A stretch of 63,985 nt of DNA, filler included, from Hyphochytrium catenoides (GCA_900088475.1; 15 parts of 15 records of this genome joined end to end with filler, not necessarily neighbours in it); one strand, 5' to 3'; numbered from the whole stretch's first letter, positions 36,753-50,006 are shown. Notes: generated by a model from the sequence alone, not told the origin. Made by a program: numbers and translations.

Positions 36753-37707
36753 GAGAGAGAGAGAGAGAGAGAGAAGGACAAAGAAAGTGTGAGTACGAGT
36801 ATGGCAGAGGAGCAAGAGAAGAGACAGGAAGAGAGGTAATCAGTAGAAGGACCGATGAAGGAGGTGTGCCGGCAGAGATAAAGAGTCAGCCACGAGACGA
36901 GAGAAAGAGAGAAGAGACCAGGAGAAAGAGTGCAATCAGAAAAAGAAGCTGAAGATAATGAAGATAAGATAAAGATAAGCTCTTGAGAGAAGCGAATAAA
37001 CGCGAAAGATTGTCTCAGACAACAGGCGCTCCGCTTTCGAGGACAGTAAATAGAGATGGAAGAGGTTAAAGATAGCAACAGCTTGAAAGATAGCCAACTC
37101 CATGGGGTGTGCGAGAGACGGAGAGAGAGAGAGGGAGAGCGAAAGGCGAGAAAGAGAGAGAAAGGCGAGAAAGAGAGAGAGAGAGTGAAAGGCAAGAAAG
37201 AGAGAGAGAGAGAGAAAGGCGAGAAAGCGAGAGAGACAGAGAGAGATGAGAGAGACAGAGAGAGATGAGAGAGAGAGAGACGAGAGAGAGAGGGAGGAAG
37301 AGAGTTATAGAAAGAGGGAGACAAGCAGAGAGTTGGAGGATGGAAAAACAAAAGTTTCTCTGATGAGAGAGAAGGATCGAGGTACCGAATGATTTGGCTT
37401 GCAGCTGTCCGTCTGGCGGCATGATGGCAACCTGAGTCCTGGTCCTAAAGTCTCTCGCGTCCAACTCGTCCCACAGCCGCCTGTGCCCTGCGCTGCCCGG
37501 CCCGCTGACGTTTCCATAATCCCACTGCCATGAGATAGAGAAAGGAAGAGTTAGGAAAGAATAAGAGAGGTGAAAGAGGAGAGAGGGAGAAGAGAAGGAA
37601 GAGATGGTCAGAGAAGAGAGCTCCGAGATGGGTTCGACGACCATGAAAGAGTTGAAGAAACAAGAGAGATACGTAGTCCAAAAGCAACGCACACAGAGTG
37701 TGTGTGT

Positions 37708-37751
<44 letters not shown>

Positions 37752-38766
37752 AAGAAAGAGAGAATATAGAGGAGCTGGAGGAAGTGGGCGGCCTAGAGAG
37801 AGAAGAAGAGAGAGAAAGAGAAAGAAAGAGAGAATATAGAGGAGCTGGAGGAAGTGGGCGGCCTAGAGAGAGAAGAAGACGGCTAAGCTAGGCCATTTCT
37901 CTCTCATGATCTGCATCGAGTGTCACTCACCTTGTCCACGGCTGCACTTTCCAGGACCAGGATGGTGCCCGGCCTGAGCCGATCGAGCACGGAGATGAGC
38001 GGGTTCTTCCCTAAACTGTCGCTCCAGCCTCTCTCCTCTATCATCAGAGCCACAAAAGGAGACTCGGGCAAAGTACCTGTGAACAGACAAGAGACAGTTA
38101 AATGGATAGAAGTGAGATTGAGGGGGAAGTGGGGAGAGAGAGAGAGAGAGAAAGACAGTGAGAGAGAGAGAGAGAAAAAGAAAGAGAGAGGGGGTTACTT
38201 TCTAGTTCGACCACGAGGATTGGGAGAACGATACCACAGAACACAGAGAGAGATAGTTGGTGCAGTGCATCTACAAGTAACACAGCAAGTGAGAAGGGCT
38301 CGCTGTTATTCTCTGTTTACTTTTTCTCTCTCTCTCTCTTCTCTCTTTCTCTCTACTCTTTCTTTCTCTCTATCCTCTTTCTTCGGTTCTCTTCTTTCTC
38401 TCTCTCTCTCTCTCATACGAACTCACCTATTTTGCAGTCCTTCCACGCCCAGGCACTGAGCATGGGAGAGACCACAGCTATGTCCAAGCTCTGCAGGAGA
38501 GAGACAAGCACTGAGTCCGTCCTGCTGCAGCGTTTGTCTCTATAAAACATCGCGAAAGGCCTGCAATTTCCTTTCATCGCGGGTCCGCCCCCGGCCGGGA
38601 CAATGCGGACATGCAGAGCATTAGCCGCTCCAACTGGCCGCGTCCCTGGGACGGCGAGCGTCCGATGGCGCCGCTCACAGACTTGCAGAGACATGGAGAC
38701 GGAAGACGAAGAGAAACAATATTCTTCCTCCCAATTGGAGCCCTCAGATGAGCTCTTCGCATAGAT
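33560..38766 (-). CDS. Multi-exon hypothetical protein (or proteins) with an E/K/R-rich coiled-coil region
   Basis: In-phase GT-AG exons at about 38766-38428, 38077-37931, 37524-37386, 36597-36389 and 36076-35935, with further likely exons near 35880-35830, 35620-35440 and 34720-34620. Introns are CT-rich on the sense strand. No family recognised. Confidence 0.6.
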
Positions 38767-39010
38767 CTATACAGGTAAGCGCACAATAAGGAAGCGGGGC
38801 GGAAGGGGAGAGGCAAGGATAGGAGAGAGAGAGAGAAAGAGAGAGTGTGCGAGAAAGAGAGATTAAACACAGAGACATTGTTGAGATGAGAGAGAGGGAG
38901 AAATTGTCAGAGAAAGGAGAGTTTGAGTGTATCAAGGCTCATATCTTTCCTTTCTAAGACAGGCTCTCTCTGTATAGCGCCCGTCCCTAATGTTATTGTT
39001 AAAGCTGCAT

Positions 39011-39063
<53 letters not shown>

Positions 39064-40581
39064 CTCTCCCTCNNNNNNNNNNNNNNNNNNNNNNNNNNNN
39101 NNNNNNNNNNNNNNNNTTAATTAATTAANNNNNNNNNNNNNNNNNNNNNNNNNNNNNNNNNNNNNNNNNNNNGCTTCTGGTGACGGCTGGTCCTCTTCCT
39201 CCATCTCGTGCCTAGCTATTATACTCACAAAGGCCATAATGTCTGACACTCTGTCTCACTCCTGATCCTTGTCACACTACGTTTCTTACCTCCCTCATCA
39301 GCCTCTGAAGAGAAACTTCAACTGAGAGTTGTCTTGCCATAGAACTACTGCGTATCTCGCCTTCGCTCTTTCTCCTTGATCCCCTTTCACTCAACTACAT
39401 AACAGAAATCTCTCCTGATTCTTCCTCGTCAATGTCTGAGAAAGGTGCTGATGGTGTCCGCTGTTATTCCGTACAGCACGAACTACAAGTGGCCGCATGA
39501 GAATGATCCCACCATTGTGGTCCCTCCTCCTCCTCCTCTCTCCACTGGCTACCTTGATGACAACAGCTAAGAGAAATCTCCTGCAAAGATCCAGGAGGAC
39601 ATCTCGGTTGCGCGCCGTTACTCCTTTTCTATCAGCAGCAGCATCATAGAAGAAAGAGGAGTCTTCTTATTATGAGAGGGCATCATGCCTATATATATAT
39701 ATTATATTAGCATAAAGCTCAACATACAACAATCAACAAGACAGAGAAGAAGAGCAATAGATGATGGAGAGAAGAGATGTGATGTGGGATGACAGCTGGG
39801 TCTGACGCACGTGCTGCAGAGCCTAGCCTAGCGCATGATGATGAACCAGCCCCACCACTACTACTAACCCTAATCCCTACTACTAGGGACACGGCAAGTG
39901 GTGAAGGATAAAGGAGGGGCGGACTCTCCCGGGGGACGGTCAATGCAGCTTCACTAGACGCCTCACCACGCGTACAGCCACTAAAATATCCATCATCCTA
40001 CAAGTAGAAACAGCAGACAATCAATTAACCCTTGTGCTTCAGAGTATTACCACTTAAACCACTCCCTAACGTCTGGTCCTCCCCTCCTCCCTCTCGGTGT
40101 TGTTGGCAAAAGACCATAAACGAACAATTCTTTCCTTTTACTGGAGAAGAGAGAAGAAGAAGGAAAGGAGAGCCGAGCTCCACAGTGTTTTTTGTCCTGC
40201 ATCATCATCATCCCGCCACACAAAAACATGCCACGATTTACTTCTTCTGTCAACTACTATCTCGCTACTAGCAGCAGTAGGTGGTAGTAGTGCACGCAAG
40301 CAGCCTTCTCCAGCAGCATCACCAGCAGCACCACTGCTATTGGTGTGTAAAGAAGAATGATGAGCAGCAGGCGGGCGTCGAAGGGGGGAGGAGGAGGCGG
40401 AGGGAGTGAAGTGAGGAGGAGTTAGTGACGATGATCAACACCACACAAAAAAGAAGATTCCGTCAAGAGACAATGGTGAACCCTCTACTAAGAATAGGCG
40501 ACTATAGAAGAAAGGACCACCACACAGTGCTGGTATTTGTATTAGGGGTGTCTGGGATGAGGCAGCCGAGAAGACTTGTGA

Positions 40582-42023
40582 AGGGTTTCTGACTCTAGGG
40601 TGGAAAACCTCTTGAATTTCTCCTCAGGTCGGGTCCGTCCGGAACTGCCTGGAGTCTTGCAACACAGCGGGCTCACCAGGGACGAAGAGCACCTCAGGAG
40701 GCTTCATATCTTTTCCAAGGGTGGGAAAGAAATAGGCAGAGCTCATCGGTACTGAGCGGTAGAAGCAAAGAAGAGTGATGACAATCAGAAGAATGACGAG
40801 AATATTATAAAGATGATGTTAGGAGAAGGCGGAGGGGCGGGGGGGCAGGCCTCTGTTGATGGTGTTCCTCCGCGGAAGCAACAGACGAATGAGAAAGAGA
40901 CCCTCTCCGTCCTTCGTTGTCGGTATTCGGAGAGAATGAAGCAGTAGGTCAGAATAGCAAGGAGAGCGATGGGCAGTGGAGAACTAGCTTGGCCTTCATA
41001 GACCCAAATAAACACCCCTACGTACTTCTTACTTAGAAGACATTCTGCTTGATCTAGCAGTAGGAACTGTGAGGAGGTGAATCAGTATTCCAAGCAGCAT
41101 CAGCTTTCGTATAGTAGTCATCATCATCTGTCGACCGCTATCTGGGGGCCTAATGGTGCTACTTCAGTACTTAGCAGATTCTTACGCCCTGGTGGGAGCA
41201 CGGACTCGAGTGGTCCATCTCATTGCTGCCGCACTTTGGGAGCACGGACGAGTGGTCCATCTCATGCCTGCCGCACTACTGTCCCCTCCTCAACAAGGAG
41301 TGGAAGGAGGTCGCCCATCATCCACTTCCTTCTTCCGCTTTTTAGTACTTATCCAGCAGCATGACGGCCTCGAGCAAAATTACAATGAATGATAAAGAGA
41401 GAACATCTGAACCTTTATTCTCTCTCTTTATACAGATGATGATATGAACTAGCTACGACTACTCAACAGAAGAAGACGAAGAAGAAGAGGCCAGAATCAA
41501 GAAGGTTAGGTCTCTTAAATTTTGTCCCTTCCTTCCACCATCACTATCAGAAAAGGAGAAGATCGTAGCAAGTTTCCTCAGCTGCAATAACAGTAGGAGA
41601 GGAAAGAGGAGATCCAAGGAACTAGAATTACCACCACCGTCAAACAGGATAGCAAGAGAACGATCCAACCGTAGAAGAGGATTATGCTAGCTTCAGATTC
41701 TGATGCGCATTCTCTTCATGAAGGCCAACGAGACTCCTTTGGTATTATGAATTCGTAAAGCCATCCTGAGGCAAGACCAATGACCATACCAAGTAGCATC
41801 ATCTGAAGGGCGACCACATCGAAGCTTCACAAGCCGCTGCACACAGTCAAGGACAGGAGATAGCATAGCCTGTCCGAGTATCCCCACACTGGCAGGACAA
41901 AGTGAAGGTCCATAATAAGGAAGAGTTCTAGACTCTAGTAATGTCCATCTTGCCCTCAAGGAAGAAAAGGAATCAAGGGCCCCAACTCATCATAGCGTTA
42001 CTACGGAGAAGAGCGATATGTGA
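40582..42023 (+). pseudogene. Decayed coding region in two long interrupted frames (40582-41364 and about 41450-42023)
   Basis: 40582-41364 has about 260 codons with only 4 internal stops (RVENLLNFSSGRVRPELPGVLQHSGLTRDEEHLRRLHIF…). The second frame reads STEEDEEEEARIKKVRSLKFCPFLPPSLSEKEKIVASFL…. Confidence 0.4.
41193..41277. repeat. Imperfect tandem duplication, about 43 bp
   Basis: TGGGAGCACGGAC(TC)GAGTGGTCCATCTCAT(TG/GC)CTGCCGCACT twice. Confidence 0.85.
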
Positions 42024-42391
42024 AGAAAAGAGAATCGAATACGGCATGCCAGCGAACCTGGCGGCGTATAGAACTTACCCTAGCGCATGATGACCTAACG
42101 CCATCACCACTGCCTCTCATCTGAGCAGGGCCAGTGGCGGATAAGGGCCAGGACTCCCCAACTGGGCGGTGTCATGGTGTCATGTGACATGTGACCTCAC
42201 TGGAGACCTCTCCATCCATACATCCATACAGCCATCACTTCTAAACAAAAACTATTTATTAGCGTTACAAAGTACTCTGCAGTCAACGCGATACGCGTTT
42301 TACCGAGAGAGATGTGGACAGGACACGACTTGGTAAGCCCAGGAGAGGAGGCAGCGAGAGGATGGAGGAACAGCGACCGTCCCAAAGACGG

Positions 42392-42460
42392 CTCATCATT
42401 GCAATTCAGCTTGACTGATAACCAAACGCGGTTGCAGGAGAGCTGAATTGCAATGATGAG
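42392..42460. repeat. Perfect 20-bp inverted repeat with 29-nt spacer
   Basis: CTCATCATTGCAATTCAGCT (42392-42411) and AGCTGAATTGCAATGATGAG (42441-42460). Confidence 0.95.
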
Positions 42461-44353
42461 TCATCAGATGCTGGATGGGCAGAAAGCTTGAGAAGGTAGT
42501 TCTAGTCGCTACCGAATAAAGAATAGAGGAGGGGACCTGAACGAGAAGGGAGTTCTATGTGTTGAAGAAAGAGAGAGGAGAACTACGGTAAGAACCATCC
42601 CTTTTGAAAAGTGACACGGACCAACAAGGGGATGTGATCATTTGATTCAAGGAGCAGATCCTCTTGTTTGTCAAGTCTGGTACACCTTGCAGGAAGAACG
42701 ATGACAGAGACTGTTTATGAAGGGAGATAGTGTGAATGATGTGGAAGAGAGAAAGAGCAAGCCAGACAAATAGGGTGCAACCCAAAAACGACTGAGCCAA
42801 GTAGAACTATATCTCGAGGCGTAATGAAGGTAAGAGTGAGAGACTTCCTGCAGACATTGAAGGAGATAGCGGACTAGAGGGCGTTCAATATTTAAAAGAG
42901 AGACACCTCCAAGATCAAAGATATCGAGTGAAAATTGTGAGAGCAGTAGAATTATCTTGTGAAAGACAAAAACCGCGGCGAACGTGGAGAACGGACTGCG
43001 TCATCATGGCTCGGTCCTTCTCTCTCTCTCTCTCTCTCCGCAGCAGAACAAATGTGTTTGGCCGTGTTTTGACATCGTCTCAGTATCAAAGTACCAAGTG
43101 TTAGTGCTTGGTAATAACTCTGGCACAGCCTCTACTGGTCATCGACGCGGACTACTGTTTTACTACCCACTTCTTAGGCTCTGAAACATTCAGCACGAAA
43201 AGCAAACAATATTAGCTACAAATAGAAGAGAACATGTTTTTAATAAAATATTATTCTTGTGAAAGTTTCCATAGGTTGCTAGCCCCAGAGCCAGTTTCGC
43301 GGATATTTGGAAGAGATGATGAACTTTGAAGTGGAGATCACCTTTCGTTCCTTCCTCTTAGGCTTTTTCTTTCCCCACCATGCGAACCACGGAGACCATG
43401 GCCCTGCGCTATCTATCTAGTTCTACTAGAGAGAGAACGGGAAGCAACGAGTGAGCGAAAGACGAGAGAAAAGAACAGGGAGGGAAGGAATTAGAGGAAG
43501 AGAAGGAAAGGAACAGGGAACACAGAGCAAAAAGAGAGGAATGGTGGTAGTAAGGTGAGAGGGGGAAGAGGTTGTGAGAGAGAGAGTGGAACAAGGGTAG
43601 ATGGACTGTGAGTGAGAAAGAGACGCAGGAGAACGGACACAGCAAGAAAGAGATAGGAATTCCTTGTGTGACAGAACAAAACAGAAGTGAGGACATAAGA
43701 TTATTTAGAGTCTGTCGTGGCCAAAGCCAACGGCTGACCACAGGAGCTTAGACTCTGTTTCGGTGCTTCATGATGCTGTGCCTTCAACAAGATGATGGGC
43801 AGCAGCAGTGATGATTGTGTCAAGGGGTGGAAAGGTTCTTGCTCCTTCGTCACTTGACGTGCAGAAACTCTCAACGACGGTAACTCTGTGACAACTTTTA
43901 CTCCTCCTTGATCCTCGTAGACTTTCCTTTCGTCTTTTTTCTCTCTCTCTCTCTCCCTCTCCCTCTCTCGCTGTTCAGACGACATGGCTGCGGTTCTGCT
44001 CGTAAGTCTACTAGAGTATTCCAGGAGGAGGAATGGTTAAACTAAAGTGCCTTGTGAAGTAATGTGACCTAGACGACCAATCAAATCTGATAGACCTGAG
44101 AACGCCCTGATCCTCATCTTCTTTCGTCCCCGTCACCTCTCTTTCAACCCATTTCTCTCGGTGGATCACCCTTTCGATCTCACTTCCCTAAGCGAATCGT
44201 GTTCATATCTGACCCTAGATCGAAGGAGTAACTCGCCCTAGCGCCTTCATTGTCTCTGCCAAATACCAATTTGCATTGCTCCGCACACCTCAACTGGTCA
44301 AGACTCCTTAAGCTCCGTGAACCTCTCCCAAGCTCAAAGGCACAATCATTAGA

Positions 44354-45130
44354 ATGAAGCTTCTTAGCCTTATCGCGCTCACATTTGCAGCTACCGCTGC
44401 CGCCCAGAGTAACAACGATGGATGCACTCCGATAACTGACTGCAATGGAAACATCCAGGTTGCTCTTGGTGCTAGTGGCCAGTGCACCTCCACCTACGGC
44501 CCGCAAGGAGAGGTTCAAGCTAGCATTGGAAAAGTCTGCCTGCAATGCCCAGGAGAGGGAAAGATTGACACCAGCAAGTTCCCGTATGTCACTTGCAATG
44601 GCAAGGCACTTTGCGGCAACGTCCCTGGTCTTCCGACAACCATCTCTCCCAACCAGGCTAAGTGCATTCTGAGCGGTGGTAACACTATAGCCTGTGTCAC
44701 TAGCTGCACACCTAGCCCTTCTCCCGTCCCTTCTCCTAACCCTGGGCCCTCTCCCACGACTGCGGCGCCTGTCACTCCTGCACCTTCTTCCAGCGTCCCT
44801 TCAAAGGCTCCAACAAGCATGGCAGCTCCAAGCACGGCAGCCCCAACCACTGGCAAGAACGTTACGACGGCGCCTACCACTGCTGCTCCTGTCCCTACAT
44901 CATCCAAAGCTCCTATCACTAGCGGTAACTCTACAGATGACGCCATGGATGATGATGATGAAGTCCCGACCGCAGGGGAGAGTGCAGTCAACGGAACCAC
45001 AAATGGAACTGCAGATGACGCCGGAACTTCTGAGCCTAGCACTGAAGGTCCATCCAGCGCAGCATCAGCTGTGTCCATCGGGACAGCCGCCGCGCTATCT
45101 GCAGTTGTAGCTATGTTCCTCAAGGCCTAA
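44354..45130 (+). CDS. Secreted, probably GPI-anchored protein: 10-Cys domain plus S/T/P/A mucin-like stalk (paralog 1, 258 aa, intronless)
   Basis: Signal peptide MKLLSLIALTFAATAAAQ; 10 Cys in about 95 aa; C-terminal small residues then a hydrophobic tail (SSAASAVSIGTAAALSAVVAMFLKA); a close paralog lies at 48970. Confidence 0.9.
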   Translation: MKLLSLIALTFAATAAAQSNNDGCTPITDCNGNIQVALGASGQCTSTYGPQGEVQASIGKVCLQCPGEGKIDTSKFPYVTCNGKALCGNVPGLPTTISPNQAKCILSGGNTIACVTSCTPSPSPVPSPNPGPSPTTAAPVTPAPSSSVPSKAPTSMAAPSTAAPTTGKNVTTAPTTAAPVPTSSKAPITSGNSTDDAMDDDDEVPTAGESAVNGTTNGTADDAGTSEPSTEGPSSAASAVSIGTAAALSAVVAMFLKA

Positions 45131-48100
45131 GTGTTTGCCTGACCCCATACAAGTTATTTGTCTCCTAACTCCTGCCACTATCGTTTATATAAGGCAATAT
45201 CGCACTCTATCATAATAGTAAGTTAAGTTATTTTGCTGAACGTATAAGAATGGATGCTCCGGGCTTTCTCCTCGCTGTCTTTGGTCAGAATGATCGTTGA
45301 GCTGCTCCTCCCACGTAAGTTGACTCTTAACTTCACAGCTGCTGCCACCTTTGACTTTGGTTCTGCATCGTCATATCTGGAGAAAAACCAGTAGTCCCCG
45401 TCGTCGTAGCAGTTGTGGCGACACAAGCAGCAGCAGTACTTCTTTCTTTACGAGATTCCCAGTGAAATTGGGTCTCTATCAAACGTTGTACAAGTACCGT
45501 GTCCCCTGCTCCTTCATTTCCCTCTTTAGCCTAGCGAATAGTTTATCTGGACGGACCTAGTCAGCTGTCAAAGCCGATTACTATTAACAAGATACCTAGC
45601 ACCTGAGGTTCGATTTCTACGACGTGACATCCGACATAGAAGAAGGAGGGCGACAATAAGAGTAGATTGATGATGGACTGACGCAGCCGAGATGATGAAA
45701 ACCAACGAGCACTTCAGTAAGAAGCTCCTCATCATTGCATCTGTCCTAACCGCCAAGATAAATAAGCCAAGAGCATAAGGTAAGGTGGTCTATTGTTCCA
45801 TTATTGTTCAGAGAAGAGCTGACGTTCCTGATGTCTATTATACTGCTGCTACCCCTGCTGATCCGTGCTGCGCAGAGCAAGAAGACATGGTGTCATTATT
45901 GTTAAAAAGCGCTCTTGCCTTGCAGATAGATAGCAGTGGAGTTATTAACAATGGGTCGTATGATGATGCCCGCTGCCTCGTATTGTTGGCTGCTTTGATA
46001 CCTTGGTAAAGAAGCCTATGTTTCCTCAAATATGCGTCGCCATGTTTACTCTGTGACTACTTATGGAGCCTCTTGACTTCTTTCCCTTTTTTGTTGCTCC
46101 TCCTCCTCGATCGAAGCGGTGCCGTTTAAGCCAACCCGCAAAGGTTGTTACTGGTTCCTCCCTTCTTCCTTTACTACTACTCATGGTGATGGGATGGGTC
46201 CAGTTGTGGCAATAATAATAGAAGAGGAGCAGAATGAGAAGGGGACAATTGGTGATGGCTAAAGTTAGAGTTTGTTGTCCGCTGCACCTGCGGTTCGCCT
46301 ACATTGGTGGGAAGGTGCTGTTTGGCGACTTGAAAAGGAGCTGCCAGATCAAAGGCTCATGATGTTTGGCACTTGTCGCACAGGAGAAGCAGCTGCTATC
46401 GCGCCAACACCGTGGTGCTTGATAATGGAGACACGTCGTCTTCTCGCTTATGTCATTATTAACGAAGAGGAGTATGAACTGGGCGTGCCTTACTATTCTA
46501 TGATGGGTCATTCCTTTCTTCTCCACTACTTCTAGACCTAAAGGAAACTCAGTCATGACTGATGAACCCCGCAGCAACGTCTTGTTTCTTCTAGCAGCTA
46601 ACTTAATAACTAGATACGGCGGCGAGGAGGAAGGACCTTGGTTGCCGGCATCATCAACATTCTCCCTCCTCCCTAGTTTTGACCTTCAACAATGATCAGC
46701 AGACTTAGTGGGTGCTAGACGTGGTGGTTATTTAGCAGACCTATTTAGTATATCAAGGCAGCACGACAGCAGGGAACATAGGTGCGCTGACCTGGGTCTC
46801 GTCCTAGGAAAGGGACTGACTGTTGGCGTATCAAGAGGCAAAGTAGCAGAAAGGAAGGATTAGCTAGCTGGACCACGATGTTGCCCTGAAACCCTCAGTC
46901 CATGATAGTAGTGGGACCGTAGCGGAGTGATCTCCAACCCACTTCTTAAGTACTATGGTCGTGACAGCTGTCGTGACAGTCACTATCAGCTTTAGAAAGA
47001 GAAGAAGGTGATGGTGGAACATCCTTTGTAAAGATGATACGACCGAACTCACTGTATATTTTCTGTTCTTCCACCGAACACATATTGTGCCACTTACGAG
47101 AGGACTCAGGATTCTAGAGCAATCGTTCATTGGCATGCATTGGTGGGTGGAGTCACAGGGTCATCCTGCCATTGCATTGAGCCTGCCCCTTTTTGACAGA
47201 AAAGCTTTTCCAGTCTGTTGTACAAGTACCAAGGTTTGGCCGCATGATGCTGACAATGACACCGTCTTTGTAATGCAGGCCGGATTATGAGGGAAACATC
47301 ATATCATGGACACACCAGCAAGCTAGCAGAACAACTCTAGCAGGTCCTAGTGTACAATATATGAGTACTATGATGATTTGCTAATTAGAGCGCAAAGCAA
47401 GCAAGCTAAGCTAGACCTACTATTCAAAGACAGAGCCCATGTGCTGCCTGCTGTAGGTATGCTGGTCTCTGTTGCAGCCAAGAAGCCAGTGACACTCCTT
47501 GGCTGTCTTACTCGACGAAATTTCTTCGAACTGGGCCAGCAGTCGTGCTGCTAGTACTAGGAGGTCCTCATGCTAAACAAAGGTCTTTATTACATGTCAA
47601 CTGCCTGCCTTCAAAACGAGTAGCCGTCGTCTTCGATGATGATGATGACAGCAGCATCATGAGGACGACGAGAAGGACGACAGAGGCGCAGCGTCAGCAG
47701 CAGTGGAGCGGCCCAAGAAGCGAGCACTAGCATAGAAGGAAAGTTTAGTAGCTGAGCCACAGGAGGAGCAAGGAGAGCGTTCAATCGATGATGCTGTGGA
47801 ACTGTGCACAAGGAGGGCGGAGGATTGAAGAGCAGGAAAAAGGAGAAATGACTTCCCTCGCCCGTAGGTCTGGAGGCTCTTTCTCCCCGTCATTTATTAT
47901 GGGGAAAGGCGCCACTGCCCTCAGGGGGAAGAAGGTGACCCCCTGCCGGCAGCTGTGAAGACTGCCATTTGGCTGTCACACTTCCGTTGCCTGATACAGT
48001 ATATTAGTTTAGCCCATCATTGCCAGCCGAAAGGGCGACTATGAACATAAAAGAGCTTAGGTGGCCCCACAAGTTACCCATCCATCAAATATTATTAATC

Positions 48101-48237
48101 CACTTACTGGTAGCTTGATACAGAGGATACACCCCATATTTCTATCAGGAGGGTTGAAGGAGGACAACCAAAAATTCAGAACCACACAAAGGAGCAAAAC
48201 ATAGAAAAGAGACCGTGCTTGTAAGGCACAGAGAGAC

Positions 48238-48307
<70 letters not shown>

Positions 48308-48348
48308 GGAGAGAGAGAGTGAGAGAGAGAGACTGAGAGAGAGAGAGT

Positions 48349-48381
<33 letters not shown>

Positions 48382-48969
48382 GGGAACGGAAAGAGCCAGA
48401 AGGCCTAGCTAGGAAGAAAAGGGCCTGACCAGCGTCATCACGATTTTTGGACATGACTTCGTGCCGTCACCGTGAGCCAGACAGCAACACAGGGGCAAGG
48501 GATCCGCCCAGACCGTAGGTCAGAAGCTTGGTCCTCTTTCTCTCTCTCTCCTCCCTCTCTTGCCTTGTAGCAGCACGGAACTAAGTTACTTCTCTTCTCT
48601 ATCTTGTGCTCTCTCTTGTCCTCCCCTACATTAGAGGCATAACCCCACGCTCTCTCGTACACATACAACCTTTTTTCCCCTTTACTCCATGCTTTCCCGC
48701 TCTTTGTTTCTCTCTCTCCCTCTCTCTCTCGTTTATTCACTGTCTCTCTTATGCCATCACTTCTTTCTCTGTTCTCCACATTGGCTGTCACTGTTGCCTG
48801 TACAAACCGTACTATCTAGAGAGAAGTGTGGCGAAGACGCAGATAGCCTTGCAAGTAAAACCCTTTCCCAAGCCACTCGAACTTCTAAATCTTCAGAACC
48901 CAATCTTCCTCGCCCCTGTCAAGTCATCACCAGGCTCAGTCAGTCACTAGGCAACCTCAGAAAAGAACT

Positions 48970-49674
48970 ATGAAGCTTCTCAGCCTTCTCGTGCTCACCT
49001 TCGCCGCTGTGGCTTCTGCCCAGGATGCCAACGATGGCTGCAAGCCCATCACGGACTGCAATGGAAAGCTCGAGCTGGCTCTTGGAAGCACTTGCACGTC
49101 CTCTTTTGGTCCTCAAGGAGAGATCACGGCTTCGATCGGAAAGGTCTGCCTGCAATGCCCAGGAGAGGGGAAAATTGACCTGAACACCTTCCCTTACGTC
49201 ACTTGCGATAACAAGGCCCTGTGTGGCAACGTCGCTACCTTCCAATTGGCGCCTAACCAGGCGAAGTGCATTTTGACTGGCGGTGACACTCTGAAGTGCG
49301 CCACCAGCTGCACTCCTAGCCCTGCTCCTGGACCATCCTCCGCTTCTCCTTCTGCAGCCCCTACCTCTGGCGCTCCTTCCACAACCTCCGCTACTCCAAC
49401 AACCGGCAAAGCTCCTACCTCCAGCGGCGCCCCCACCACAGCGGGCGCTAATCCTACTACCTCTACAGCTGCCACCACTGCGCCTGTCAATGGCACTGAC
49501 GACGCCACTACCAGTGCAACTCCTACAACCGCCGCTGCCTCCGATGAGCCAGTTGCTGACAGCCCTACCACCGCTCAAGCTACCACTGCACCTCCTAAGA
49601 GTGGTGCTGCCACTGTTGCCGTCGGTGTAGGCGCGGCCATGTCAGCAGTCGTCGCTATGACTCTTGCTGCTTAG
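48970..49674 (+). CDS. Secreted, probably GPI-anchored 10-Cys/mucin protein (paralog 2, 234 aa, intronless)
   Basis: All 10 Cys conserved with paralog 1; ASIGKVCLQCPGEGKID is identical; tail SGAATVAVGVGAAMSAVVAMTLAA. Confidence 0.9.
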   Translation: MKLLSLLVLTFAAVASAQDANDGCKPITDCNGKLELALGSTCTSSFGPQGEITASIGKVCLQCPGEGKIDLNTFPYVTCDNKALCGNVATFQLAPNQAKCILTGGDTLKCATSCTPSPAPGPSSASPSAAPTSGAPSTTSATPTTGKAPTSSGAPTTAGANPTTSTAATTAPVNGTDDATTSATPTTAAASDEPVADSPTTAQATTAPPKSGAATVAVGVGAAMSAVVAMTLAA

Positions 49675-50006
49675 GGTGGTGACCAGGTCATAGGTAGTCC
49701 TCGCTAACTTTATAAGGAAAAGAATGATAAATATCTATTTGTTTGACTAGCGTCTTTTTATAAAACGTGATTCCTTTGCGTAGTCCTCTTCCTCCTACCG
49801 CCTGACGGTTGTTGATCTCTTCGGCGATAGTCCCCACTGGTCTCTCAAGGCCTAAGCGTACCTCAAGTCGTCATCGTTGTGCTCTTCTTCCACGTTTGTC
49901 CTGGACTATACCACGTCGCCAGCCTAAGAGATGCGGGCATTGTAGACCTATCATCTCTACATCGACACTTTACAATTTTTAAACTAACGTTAACCGAGTT
50001 CCGTGA

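Noticed and set aside
37757-37880. ~60-bp tandem duplication (and the 52-bp one at 21184) as a CRISPR-like array
   Set aside because: Only two adjacent copies with no unique spacers, in a eukaryotic intron or intergenic context. Simple duplication or assembly artefact.
42575-42700. SNDHIPLLVRV on the minus strand as a LINE endonuclease SDH motif
   Set aside because: No upstream GDFN or IDY motifs and no RT nearby.
43701-43985. Peptide-deformylase-like start (PSLRVSARQVT)
   Set aside because: No GxGxAAxQ, EGCLS or HExxH motifs follow.
44515-49578. Long antisense ORFs over the two mucin genes
   Set aside because: These are shadow frames expected from Ser/Thr/Pro/Ala-rich codon usage.
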